A DNA stretch of 64,000 nucleotides from contig CM082578.2 of assembly GCA_040954595.2 (NCBI GenBank), forward strand, positions 5,999,519-6,063,518, read 5' to 3'. The stretch is from Balanoglossus misakiensis (Eukaryota > Animalia > Hemichordata). A model generated the notes under the pieces. The model saw only the letters and a list, made by a program, of their open reading frames with translations, did no database searches and had not been told where the DNA came from. This document shows positions 14,335-27,400 of the stretch, piece after piece. Numbering within the stretch: position 1 is the stretch's first letter; each line of letters starts with the position of its first letter. The translations under genes were made by a program, and so were the position numbers.

Positions 14335-16797
14335 TAGAGCTCGTGATCGGTCCGCTTCAATTGATCCTCTATATACGTGGCGACAAGGGCAAGACCACGG
14401 TCCTATAATTTCTCACGTGCGTTTAAATTACCCGTCGCTTCGTGCATTCACTCAAGGTCTACCTGTTGACCGATGGCAACCCGGCCTCTGACACTCCCCC
14501 CCCCCCCTATCCCACCTCCAAAAAACCTTCTCCGGTGCAGTTTTCGACAATAAAATGGCATTGTACTGTCCAAAATAATAACAATATGGCAGTCATATCA
14601 CACGAATTCTCTCCGCCTTTTTGATACCCTCCTCTTGAAACAACCTCTGCCAAGAAACAAAACAGATGCCAACACGACTAGGCGTATATAATTATTCAAC
14701 AGGCGTAAGACGGCAGCTCTAAAGACAACAATTACATTTGTCTGACTAAATAGACGTTTAAATATTGACATAACTTGGTTGCCGCAGAACGAGTCCCCCT
14801 TTGATCATTTCAGTGATCATGTAATAATATTTGTTTTTGTAACGATCATTTCCCCGAGACAGTTCCCCTTTGTTATAAGGTGATCGCTTTATTTACCCTC
14901 TCGCTCGAGCGAGACACGTCACCCGCCACTATGTCCTTTCGTGTGGTTACATAAACTCGGCATTTTATGTGTAAATACCACTCCCCCACTGTCCCGCACT
15001 GTAAGGAAGCGGACAGAAAATGCGCAGTTTGGTCACGGTTCCTTGTTTTCCTTCGTTCGCGTTTGGCTGCAGCACGTTCTGGCCAAGTGCCGTTCAGTAA
15101 TCGCCGTACTGTAACGTCGCGAAGAAATAGTAGTCGGCGGTGTTTAGCCGTTTGCTCGGCCGGTGCGAGCAGGCAAGTCAACAGAACACCAGATTTCATT
15201 GCCATGGTAACAACCCCTCAAGAAATCTCCTTTTAACTTGTTCTACATACAATTTTTGAAGTGGTTAGGTGAAAAGAAAATATTTCTTTCGTCAACGAAT
15301 TTAATTACGTCAGACAATTATTTTGTCAAAAATAACAAACGGCACACATTACCTCGATGCGTACTGTAAGCTTGCACGAACTTAGAAGAAATTTGCAAGA
15401 AGACGAGTCGGATTGGAAAATGGCAATAAAAATTATCAACCGATAAATATACAAGGAACAAATGAAAATCCCCCAAACAATAAGTGAATGTTGATGACGC
15501 AATTAGTGTGCACGTGCACTCGAATTGACTGAAAGCCTGTGGAATAGTTAATTAATATGTGTACATTTTCGAAACCCGAACCGGCCAAACATCGAGAAGC
15601 GATGTAAAGGAAAGGGCGGTTGCTAACCATATGTGCTCGATCCGCGACGCACAAATGAGCGTTGAAAACCTTTGGTGAAACCGAAGAAAAAGGGTCTGTC
15701 TTCAAAACGCCAACCATTGTCGGCGTGTACCCGCAAAGGGTGACTATTGCGTTGGACCATATTAGCTTTAAAGACGGGGGACGTACAGGTTATTAATGAA
15801 GGGAATGAAAAATGATTTTTCAATTCGGAGAAAACAGTACACAGCGAGAATATATGCACGCGCTTTAAGACGGAAGAACGTCTGTGAGTCAGAAGAGACA
15901 GCTGTACACCACACCGAGCCTGTGTGACAGAGATAGTAACCGAGCTTTGACAGAACGCCGCCAGATATCCAGCTGAGATTTCGTTATTCACAGAATATCG
16001 CGAGGATTTTCAAAATGACACCAAACACGCCTTTCCGAGGCAATCTTATACGGTGACACAGGGTTTAAAAGAAAGTCATATTTTCAAAGGCAACCTGACA
16101 AAGCCCACCAGCAGAGTGCACGATCACTGATTATATTAAAAAATACCAGGGTATTATCTTATGGACTAATTGCAATGATTATTGTGTGTAAAAAAGAGAG
16201 ACTTGATTGTATGAAGAGGAAGACTGAAATCAAAAGTGAAAAAAAATATGAAGTGGTATTATTGACGTAGGTCATGTAGCGACTCCGTTCTGGGTGACTG
16301 CGGCGATATCTGTATTGACTTCTCGTGTCAGTTATGTGAGCGTACTGCAAACAAATCGACTTGTTACCCGTCGATTATTTCTTTGTCACCATTTACAGTT
16401 TATTGTTTACGTTATGTACGCGGCAGTTCGAGAATAGAGTCTTCTGAAGATAAACAGCGAAAAACATCTTATACAGGACCACAAATTCTGACCATCGCGT
16501 TTATCCATCATACGAATAAGTACACTGTTTTTTTTATCTGAACAAGCATCTGATCTGAACCCTCAGATGCTCTTCCGATCTGATATGAACGATTTGCAGT
16601 TCAGCAAAATGGTTAGATAATGGGATGAGAGAAACAGGTTAAGGTTGCCTAGTAAGTATGAATACACGAAGCAGTGATCCGTTGCTTAAAAACGGGAACG
16701 TAATCTAAACCACATGACAACTAAAGACGGATGCCAACAATGTGAATTTAGGCTGTGTGTTGGTTAAAGCCATGGTTTCAACTGCGAGTTATAAAAG

Positions 16798-16864
<67 letters not shown>
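16798..16864. repeat. (GTT)n microsatellite
   Basis: About 22 perfect copies. Confidence 0.95.
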
Positions 16865-16865
<1 letters not shown>

Positions 16866-19314
16866 CAGTGTACATCAAATTCATACGACTATATTTTCAA
16901 TAAATTATGGAACACGGGTCAAGTCAATCAAATTCTTAGCCGTTTTCCAATGTTCCTTGCAAACATTTGTCTTCATACACGGGGCCACCAGATACGTACA
17001 ACAGTATGTGTTGCCATGGTAAGTTGGGATCACAGGAAAGATAAATAAATGGTCCTACGAAAGATACGTACATTTGATGAACACATTGCTTTATTCACGT
17101 CACCAGAACGACTATAATAAATATACAGCTTTTTAAAAAAAACTCGTCGACAATAACAACTCTCAGACTCAAATGTACAACTCGCCCCGAGTAGTTTGAG
17201 TCATGTCAATATATCACGTGAAATACTTCAAGCGACTCGACTACGAACAAAATGAATACTAGTAAGACAAGAGAATAAAAATTAAATCTAACGAAGCATA
17301 ACTTTACAATGCGTCTCATTAAATAAGGCCTTGTCATTTTAGAATGTTATTGAACGTGAGACAATGCACCCTAGTAAGAAATAACGAACAACACTAAAGG
17401 TCTCTTTCCTATGATCAAAGGAATTTCAAAATAACCATCGTCAAATATGATAGAACGAAAAAAAGACAATTCATACTTTCAGTTCATATAAACGGCACTG
17501 ATGACGGTGCACAGAAAACACTGGATCCAGGGTCCACTTACGTTTTAAACAGATAAAAAAAACAAAGACATGTCCACTAACTCAATTAGTAATAAAATGA
17601 TATACACGGCGCATCGACTGTGTGCGTCGCGTCAAACACCGGCCGCAAATTAGCGTTCACAAGATTGCGGGTCACGGGAGCTGAGAGTGGCAACACTTTT
17701 CTAAAGTGGGGTTGATCGCCAGGCACGAGCAGACGCACCGTCACTTCCCATCAGTATCTGTTTGCCCTCCATTCACTCGCCGTCCCCGCCTAGGGACCGA
17801 TTGATACAATATCGGTGACCGAAGAGTCCCCGGTAATGACGCAAAGTGAAACGGAACATGGAAACAGCGAAATTTACAAGCGTGCGGCATAAAACGCAAT
17901 GACTGTAAAAAAAAATTAATTGTGCGCACCGTACATAACATGTCACTTATAGCTACTTATTACCGTTCTGTAACCCCCTTGCAAATGAATACGTGTATCT
18001 TAGACAAGGCGGTTTTTTTTTATCAACCCCGGGTCTGTGACAAAAACAATATGCCTTATTACTCCGACCATGGACAATGCTCCGACGCAGCTTCAACGCG
18101 TATTCAAAATCGCTGTTATTGGTCAAACAAGTCTTGTTTGTTTGTTCGTTTGTGAAAATATATACATATATATGTACATTTATAACGTCTATATAAAATA
18201 TGTGACAATGATACACAGAATAACTCCCATTTCATTTCTGGTTTCTGCATACTGAATGTAGTATTACATACACTTCAGAAAATGGGGAGGTTTTCCCGTT
18301 TAATCGGAAAATTTCATAACCTCGCTCTCTGTGGTGTTTGCACGCGAAACCACTGCTAACTCAGACGCCGCGGACAAAAGCTACACATGATTTTGGGGAA
18401 ACAACTTTTAACCGGTATTCGTGCAAGAAGATGAAACGAAATGTAATTTCTTTTTGAGTAAGTTGTGATGAACCATATTTTGTGCTGCTGCAGAAACCTG
18501 GGGGGGGGGGAATATTCGACGAGAAGAAAAAAAAATCGGGTATAATAACCAATGCAGTGTTTTCACAGGGAAAGAGTTGTCGTATGTTGTTACCATACGC
18601 ACTTATTTGCAAACACGAGAATACAACGTATACGATCAATGAAAAGTTAGACACGTTTAGCAATAAATCGTCAATTATTATGACCTGTCCTTCATATCGC
18701 CGTATTGTATGTTCAGATTTTTTTTAATATTGAGAAGACATTTTTGGAAATTTTAGCGAAGATAAAAATAAAGAAATACGACGAAAATGTCATCGCGATC
18801 TGGTCATTAAAATTAATAGCTTGATTAAATTGCCCAAACTTATATTCCTAGTTATTTGCGAGTAAAGTTGTTCTGTGCATCTAACCGTCCGTAAGATAAA
18901 CCGAGTCAATTTCGAATAGCTTATCGATTTTGTAATCGTTATACTTCCCGTAATCGGCTTTTTTGTACATCTCTCTTTTTACCTAAATCGTACTTTGCGA
19001 TGACTGACGGGGAAACAATTTGCGGGCGATTACTTGAAAAAACAGAGGAGTCGTGTCAGCCGACCAAATACGACGTTCTCCTGATGATGTCAAAGCGACG
19101 TGATTACGGGCGCTCGGATTGTCTTTCCACTGAAACGATTGACGTCTGATTTTCTGTGTAAAGTGGTGTTGAGCCCAAAGCAGGACACGGTTGCCATGCT
19201 GAAATGTTACCGGTGGCATCTGACTAATTGGACAAATGTGACTTCGCTAGGATTTTCCACTTTCTTGCCGGTGGTCAGCCCAACGGAAGCCAAACTGTCA
19301 CGCGTTTTTTTTTT

Positions 19315-19320
19315 TTTATT
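19315..19320 (-). terminator. Candidate proximal polyadenylation signal of fezf
   Basis: AATAAA on the minus strand about 330 nt downstream of the stop codon. A distal candidate lies at 17090-17095. Confidence 0.3.
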
Positions 19321-19647
19321 AATCGTCAAATGCATACAGAGCGTATCACAGCCTAAATGTCCGTGGCAAATTAAATGTCGCATGCCTGTTTAACCCGACG
19401 ACAATGATTTGGTTACTGCGGGGCATCAATCTAGGCTAATTTTTTTTCTTCTGGAATACTCAAGTTTTGTCAGCACAAATAGAACGAGCTTAATCAAGAT
19501 AGTATCATACCTGAATCGCTTAACCTGTCAATTGAATTTCTCTTTCGACCGGAATTCAAAATCCTGTTGATTTTTAGCGTCCGATGGAGATTTCAAAGTG
19601 CACACAGTTGTTCTTTTTTCTTTAAAAAACAAAGATGCGGTGTTGTA

Positions 19648-21177
19648 TTATTCTACGTAGACATGCTGGTTTAGCGGGTACTTCCCGCCGGTTTCGACAT
19701 TCGCATCCGCCGTGTTGCTGCTTTCTAAAATTTGATTGTTCGGAGAACCGACGCCAGTTTCGTGGTTATCGGAGATGGACATCTTGTTCGTTTCGACCGA
19801 GTGCGACTCGCACTCGTGCAGTTTACGCATGTGCTTCTTCAGGTCGAAGTTTCGACAGAAGCCCTTGCCGCACATCTCGCAGGTGAAGGGCTTCTTGTCG
19901 TTGTGCGTGTGCATGTGGAACGTCAGGTTGTAGATCTGGTGGAACGCCTTGTTGCAGATGTTGCACTTGTAGGCTTTCTCGCCGCTGTGCGTCAGCTTGT
20001 GGTTCTTGTAGTTGCCCTTCTGGTGGAACCCTTTGCCGCAGTACTCGCAGATGAAAGGCTTGTAGCCGGCGTGGATTCGCAGGTGGGTGTTCAGCGTGGA
20101 GCTCCGGTTGAACGCCTTGCCGCACGTCTGGCACTTGTGCGGCTTCTCCGACGTGTGGATGATCTTGTGGCGGCACAGGGTGCTGGCCTGGCGGAAACCC
20201 TTGCCGCAGATCTTGCAGACGAACGGCCTGGCGCCCGTGTGCACCGGCATGTGCCTGGTCAGGTTGTAGTGGGCGTTGAACACCTTGCCGCACTCGGAGC
20301 AGGTGAAAGTCTTCTGCTTGTTCGCGTTTCGTTTCCCTCGCATCCCGGCGCCGTGCGCGGGACGACTGCTGCCGCCAACTTTGTCCTTGTCAAGGCAGAA
20401 CCCCTCTAGAACTTTGCTGTCGGTTTTGTAGCCGCCCAAGCCGCCGAGAGCGGGTGGGTACGATGTGAGTTTATCGTACAGCACACTCTGTGCGTACGGC
20501 AAAGTGAATCCCGGCGTTGGTAGTAAATTGGCGGGGACCCCGGTCACACTGGCCCCGGCGCTCTTCACTCCGGTCCTCGGCGTTGTCCCCGCGACCGGCA
20601 CGCAGTCGCCTTTCATGAAATCTGAAGTGGCCACGGTGTCTTTTCTGGTCGGGAAATGTCCTTGTGGGTAGTAGTAATAAGGCACCGGTCGCAAGAGATC
20701 ATATCCGATGCGAGGTATTGGCACGGGGATGCCGCTGGACTGCAGGTATTTCTTGTACGCACTACTGTGTGCGGCGGCGTCTTTCAGGTTCGAGAGAACG
20801 CCGAGGTGACGCTGCTGTTCGCCGTGCATGTCCGGCCGGCTGGCCATCAGATGCGCTCCGAAGCCGTACGGCAGAGTCATTTCGGGTATCAGTACGTGAT
20901 TCAGGTTGGGAGTCTGTATTCGACGTTTGAAGTCGTCCACCAGAGAGGCAAAGTTGACAACTTTGTCCGGCAGATTTCTCACATGATGTCTGCTCTCGTC
21001 GTCGTGGCAATCGGGTTTGCTCGACGGAGTGCCCTCCATGATGCGCTCTATGGAGAAGGCCAGTTTCTTCTTGCTCGCTCTCGAACCATCGCCGGAGAAG
21101 TTGGACGTTCTTGTCATTTTGGTGAGTTTTTCTTTCAGTATTTCCGATCGATGCAGCTGGTGGATATCTTCCATCAT
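19648..21177 (-). CDS. fezf: Fez family zinc-finger transcription factor (Fezf/earmuff orthologue), 509 aa, coding region intronless
   Basis: The eh1 motif LAFSIERIM (FSIERIM at 21037-21057) is followed by six tandem C2H2 fingers (19816-20307) starting [51 protein letters not shown] and ending [19 protein letters not shown], the diagnostic Fezf array. The ORF track starts at TTG 21192, but the first ATG is at 21177 with an in-frame TAA upstream at 21198-21196. Stop TAA at 19650-19648. Confidence 0.97.
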   Translation of the reverse strand: MMEDIHQLHRSEILKEKLTKMTRTSNFSGDGSRASKKKLAFSIERIMEGTPSSKPDCHDDESRHHVRNLPDKVVNFASLVDDFKRRIQTPNLNHVLIPEMTLPYGFGAHLMASRPDMHGEQQRHLGVLSNLKDAAAHSSAYKKYLQSSGIPVPIPRIGYDLLRPVPYYYYPQGHFPTRKDTVATSDFMKGDCVPVAGTTPRTGVKSAGASVTGVPANLLPTPGFTLPYAQSVLYDKLTSYPPALGGLGGYKTDSKVLEGFCLDKDKVGGSSRPAHGAGMRGKRNANKQKTFTCSECGKVFNAHYNLTRHMPVHTGARPFVCKICGKGFRQASTLCRHKIIHTSEKPHKCQTCGKAFNRSSTLNTHLRIHAGYKPFICEYCGKGFHQKGNYKNHKLTHSGEKAYKCNICNKAFHQIYNLTFHMHTHNDKKPFTCEMCGKGFCRNFDLKKHMRKLHECESHSVETNKMSISDNHETGVGSPNNQILESSNTADANVETGGKYPLNQHVYVE

Positions 21178-21202
21178 CGCACTCTTTCGCAACTTTTAGC
21201 GT

Positions 21203-21444
21203 CTGAAAGAAAGAAAAACGGACCACGACGGTTTAGTTGACTGTCAGGGCAGTAAATGTCTTGCAACGAGCAAGCAGCTAACCAATGAAAGGCAATCGAC
21301 AGCATCAGATGCTCAGTGTCCACCGCCAATCCCCTTGTCAACTTCCCTGCCCGGGTCATGCAGTCGGAGAAGAGAAAGACATGCTCGCCGACTGCAATTG
21401 GTCAAAGTTGCGGGTCGCATCCTGCCGCATATATTATCACTTAC
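21203..21444 (-). other. Probable 5'UTR intron of fezf (acceptor well supported, donor tentative)
   Basis: Minus-strand acceptor ccgtttttctttctttcAG ends at 21203, 25 nt before the ATG, with CTGAC about 44 nt upstream. The nearest consensus donor is TGG|GTAAGT at 21444; an alternative is AT|GTAAGT at 21509. Confidence 0.45.
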
Positions 21445-24400
21445 CCAAGTCTAAAATATTACTTTATGGCCAGAAATAGGTTCAATTCGATTATACTTTG
21501 CGTACTTACATATCGAATTCCTGTGACACGTCAGGTCAAACGCGATTCCCGGGCTAGTACCACGATTTGACGATATTTTCTCTTTTTAGTCACTTTTCAC
21601 GGATGTAACGTTAAAAGCCTTTTTGATGCAGACTCGCGGATCGGGTGCGCGATTACGATCAGCCACTTCTTCCAACACTGTGAGCTTGTGACGCGCACGA
21701 CATGTGTGGCAATTGCGGCCGAAAAAAAAAACAAGTGGACAGCACAATGTTGTAGGTGTGCTTGTATGGGTCCGACTAACGACTTCTCCGGTTTGTCTTT
21801 TGAGTTGTAGGACACTCCCAGCCAGTCATGACAAAGCGAAACGGTGATGTATGTTGCGTCGGAGTACAGCGGGCGCATGCTGCGAGTAGCAATCCCCAAA
21901 AGGCCAATCATGAAGCTGGCAATTCAATTAAAGCGTCACACTTGGTACGCACAAAGCCAGCGCATCGCAACAGGCTCCTGTCATTGGGTAGGGGCTTGCA
22001 AAGGCAGGGCAACACCCCCTATTTTTTTTCTCTCTCTTTCTTCTGTCAAGCCCCAGACTACTTACACGGAAGAAAAAAAACATGTAAACAGCAAGGGTTC
22101 CGGAACACGCTGAAGAAGTGGCAATTACGGGGACAATAATTAGACACGCCGATTATCCCCGTCTAATTGGGTATTGTACCCAAAATCGCCTTGAGTGGAA
22201 CTAATCAAGTAAAGAAAACAATAAAACAATAGAGGTGTGCGATTCTACAGCTAAAGTTGTCAAAAAGGCCGGTTTACAGATCGTGCTGTGTCTCCGATCA
22301 ATAAAAACATTGCTACCGTACCTTTCGGATTGCTACGATGCTGTTCATTCGATAGCGATTCCCCTCTTGCTTTCTCGCAGTGAAATAGCATGGCGGCGCC
22401 GTTTACATTGATCACTCAATGCCGGGCGATGTGAAGTGAGCATGATGGGAAAAAATAACCCACACGCGCCAGTCGGTTTCCCGCAATATTTTATTTTTTT
22501 TCCGTGTACCGGGTGAATGGCGGTAGAAAAAGGTTCTCTGAAACGACAGCTTAACTGTTTTATTTTTTTCTATAAAATTCACTTTTGCTAGATCCCTCGC
22601 ATTAATTACTACCCACTTCAACAACGATGTTCATGAAATCGTCCAAATATTTCATCATAAGGTAAAATTACATTACGGAAATTCTGGCATGGTACCAGGA
22701 TTTTCAGCAAGTATAAAAGAAGTCAGCAATCGTCAAATGAAAAAGAAAAGGGAAGGGGTGGAGGACGGGGTGAGGGCTGCCAAGTGTGGGCGGATATCGC
22801 CGCACACCATTTGACAGCTTCTCAATTCTTTAAGACTGTGATTGACAGTTATGCCTACCCTGCGCATTAACATGATAGTGGGAAACGTCTTGAAGACCCT
22901 GACATCGTATCTGGTGACGTCACAGCTTGGAGTCACAAGTATCGTTGAATTGTGTTGGCGACTTGGCAGGTTTTGCTCATTGAAAAGATTGTATCCTGCA
23001 CGCTATCGAATATATACAGTATTTGAAGTAGATTATTTCGCCATAGCCGCATGGACGGGCGGATAAATATTCAGGCAGGCAGGCAGGTGGACGGACAGAA
23101 AGACAGACAGACGTGGGGAGAGAAGGAGAACGAAAGATTTTCGTTGATTACGTCGCCTTCGAATATCATTGAGTCCGTCGACAATACACAGACATACGGT
23201 GGTTTGGACTCAGCACGCAACACTTCAATTACCCTACTCCATAATTACGCCGGGATTGTTTTGCAAACAAACACACACTCCGGGAGAACGAGTGCGGCAC
23301 CTCACGCCAGTAATACATCCTATCCTCACCTTCCCCAGATCGCCAATTGATAGAGATTGGGTGTGAAGCGCCCACGTTTTCCGGATATATTCGTGTCCGT
23401 TGGACACAATGAAGTAATCTCGCAAATTGCTATTTTAAAACCATTTTATTGTGCCGCTAATGAGCATTTAAACATTGTGAGGGGTGACTGTGATTTAAAC
23501 AAGCTGTTCGCCCAAGGTGTTAAAAAACGGTTGATAAAACTCTGTCACATGATCAAAACTGCTTCCTGATTTTATGTACTTGTATAAAAGAAAATATAGA
23601 GTCAATCATTTTGATCGTGACATTTTTTATACAATGGATTTCGTGTGTCCATAAAACGTTGTTCATTGTTCCCTCCTATAAACCTACCACTGTATTGTTT
23701 GCTTTTTCGCTCTCTCCTTATCATATTATTATCGCCAGTATCATGATTTTCATCCTGACTTCCGCATTTTTTTCGTTCTGATTTATTTACCGCTTTTATA
23801 TCATCTGACACTGTCTTGGACCATTTTGTGTGCTTATAAAATATTCTGTTCTGGGCAATATCTCTTTTATTGTTCTGGCAATTGACATGCATTTTGAATA
23901 CATTTCAAGCATGTATATGTTTTGCGGAGGGGAGATCTACCAAATCATGCATACACTGGTACCAGTACACAAAGACCCCCATACACAAGGCGGCACACAC
24001 TCCGTCCGCACAGTGTGGCAGACAGACACACACACCGACACTTGAAGGCTACCGAACCGGTTTCCCTTTGTTGTCATGGCGACACAATTGGCCACCAAGT
24101 GTGACAGTAGGTGGCGCGGCAGTCACTTTCAATTTTTTTGAATACTTCGATAATTTGATGTACCAGGACATGTACGATTACTGTCATTTCCCTTGCGGAT
24201 TCACGGCGGTGAGGGCCAGTGCGGGTACCCCCGACTTTTTTTTATATTTTGTCAGCCATAATCAGCGCAAATGACTGTGTTTTTTCTTCCGCGGCGCACA
24301 CTCACTACTTGGCATTAACCGAACTTCGGACTGTTTTGTGGAGATTTCGCACCGCGGTTGGCGGACTCGCAAAGAAAGTAAACTAGTCACGTACAACACG

Positions 24401-27400
24401 AACGAAAAAATTATAATGATAAGGGTGAACGAAAAGTGGCCCCCTTTCCCTCGTTTGTTACCAAACAAAGGTACTATAATACTCGTCAAGGTGTGATCTG
24501 AAAGTTGCAGGTACCGGCCAGTGCGCTCTGTGTACATAGATGGGAACAAAATACCAACCATTACTTTTGGCAGCCAGCCACCTGGGTGGGCCATAAATGT
24601 CACAGTGGGCAACTTGGAGAACTTGTTTTGTGCAACAAAGCCCGGTGGTATTCCCCTATTGAAAAGGAATTAGAGCAACAGAGGCAAGGACACCTCGGTT
24701 GCCGACTGAGGTGGACCTCAGTGACATTAACAATGGACGTACCACGCAGCAATGTCAAATTACGAATCATCGCGTCACTTTTTGTTGGCTATTCTGAATT
24801 CCTAAAAGAAAGAAAAAAAGGCGAGAAATAAACAAGCAAGGCTGAGAATTCTCGTCCAAGGAGGACCCTCGCGTGTTCCGATCCCACATCACGAGGAGAA
24901 GAGAAAGAACCCCCCCCCCCCAAAAAAAAATACAAAACGAAAAAAAGTGGAGAATCAATCAAGATAGAAATCACTTAATGCCTATACCGTGTGCTCACAG
25001 GAGGTCCTCAAAAGGTTCAATTACGAGAAATTGACGGTGACTCGCCACAAGGACTTTTTAATAAATTGGAACGTGTCAATGGCACCTCCGATAAAAAAAA
25101 TAGCGAGTCCACTGTTAATCACAACACGTCGAGTTTAAGAAAGAGACGTGTAGTAAAGGGGCAACAATTTGAGGCCATGTGTGTCAATAACGATGAACAG
25201 ATCTAGAAAAGTATAGGCAGTAACGCCGAATAGCAATTTTGGTAAAGTGGGTTGGAATAAAACATCAAATTGTTTCCTTTATCGCGTCAACTTCAGAACA
25301 CATTATTTTTTATGCTATTTGATAACGTTTGACGAATTTCAACCGGTTCAAATTCTCCCCGATTAAAAAAGTTATAATCAGTATAAACATAGACTTCCTT
25401 GGCGGAAAGTCCAAGTTCGTGATTTAAGTCATTATGTTGAGAATCCACCATAAATTCGATCGACTATTTTAAATCTATGGGTATCGCGAATGGTTGTGGG
25501 TCCAATGTCATATCGTCATCGCTGTTGTCGTGTTTGTCAGTTATACATGTAGATATACATATTAGGTATTGCGGAAGGCAAGAACAGTGACTACAAAGCA
25601 TTGACAACGCAAACGTTTGCGCCGAAACTGTGCATCACTCAGGATGTCGAATACAGCACGGATTATTGTGATTTCCCGAATTTTAAGAAAACGTCGAACT
25701 GCCTCGCTAAAACTTCTGTCGAACGTGTCCCTCATACACAAGCGTCCACAACATCGCATGGTAATGCCAAGTGTGTGTGCTGTGTCATTTCAGCCGCATC
25801 TATTAAATTCTATTAGTCCAGTGCAACGTACACGTTAGCGACAGAATGCCACACCGCGGTATTTTTGCACCATTGAAGCGACGGGAATAGGATTCCAGGC
25901 GAAGAAAAGTCACTGTTTAGTTCTGATCGAAAATGTTAATTTGTGCTGCGAAAAACAACACGTCACGGCGCATGTCATTAAAAGAGACACCGTGTGCTAT
26001 GTATTACTGAAACAGCTTGGAACTGTATATTTTTGCTGTAGTGAAATAGCCATGGTAAAATCAGTCAGCACTTTAGTATTATTCAATATGCAGTGAGGTG
26101 ACATTTTAGAACTATGAGAGGACCGGATACGAAACAAAAACAGGCGAGCATAGCCACGTGAGCGCGCAGTGACTGCGACAAAATACTCTCGATTGGATAT
26201 CAAAATCAAAAGGCACGAATTGCCATCGTCTGGAGTTTAAGCACCGTGTTCAAATCGCAACACGACGCATTTTGCAGTTGGAAAACACAGAAGTCGCCTG
26301 TTGCGATAGTTAGCAACCCGAAAGAATGACTTTTTTCTAACAAGAATAATAAAGAGGATCAAATCTTTCTTTTAGAAAACTATCGCAGTGGGTTGCCGGA
26401 ATTTTCATCAGCTAGTGCGCCTTCGCCGTATCCATAGCGATTAGCGGAATCGGAAGAGCCAATCCAAACGTAAAATTTCCAACACAATTACAAAGATGTT
26501 TGCCTAGCATGACATGCACAGGGAGTCAATGCTTACAAGGGATGTAGACACGATTGTAGCTTGTAATCATGCTGGCAAAGAATAGCTGCAGCTTCGATTT
26601 TTGTCTTTGTGTCTCTCGGTGAATTTCCTCGCCGAGGTTTTTTTTCAGCATCGGGATCCATTGGAGAAATGTTGCATTCAGCATTAAGCGTGCTTCCCTT
26701 CCTGGTAACCTTTGGTTTTCAGTCGACAATAGCTTTATCGCTGTGAGCCCCGTTTTAATTGTTACTTTCCAGTCGAGAAAAACATGTTCGGTCTCCTTTG
26801 AAAATGCGGCGGAGACGAGACGCAGCAAGCGGCGAGAATCTAATAATCGCCGGTCATTTTGTCCCGCCTCGGGTCGAAATCTGACTTCGGCGATCAAGAC
26901 GTGCGAGACCTGCCGGCAAACGGGACATTATTTCGAAATCGAGAAGACAAAAAAAGCAGACAACGTCTTCTTCGTCAAATAAAAGCAGGTTACGCACGTT
27001 GTCGCCCCTCTCGTCGCCGAAGTCTTTGGGTAATTGGTAAGAATGTTTTCCATCGCTCAGCGAAAATAGGAATATTTCAATAAGAATAGGACAAACATTT
27101 GATTCACTGAACGATTAATGTTAGTACAGACGCCATAGATACGCCATTCTCGGTCCCAAAAGCTCTTCCCCCATTATTTCAGAATCGTTTAGATAATTTA
27201 TATTTTTCAGAAAATAGTGTGGTTTAAAAGGGAAAAAGCGTTCTGAATTTAGTAAATTATTTTGTTTCATTTTACTGGCTTTATTAATATTTTTCGCGCC
27301 AACAGAATTTCTTCGTGTGTAGCTTCATCGTCGTGTACATTTGAAATGATATTTGTCGAAAGGGGAACTTGGCTGCGCGATTTAATTGGAGTGCACGATG

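Noticed and set aside
19732-20409. 225-aa plus-strand ORF and other ORFs overlapping fezf (19823-20293, 20656-21240, 20762-21226)
   Set aside because: Antisense or alternate-frame shadows caused by the high GC3 of the fezf coding region; no independent gene signals.
21178-21192. TTG start for fezf given by the ORF track
   Set aside because: This is a eukaryotic gene; the first ATG in good context is at 21177.
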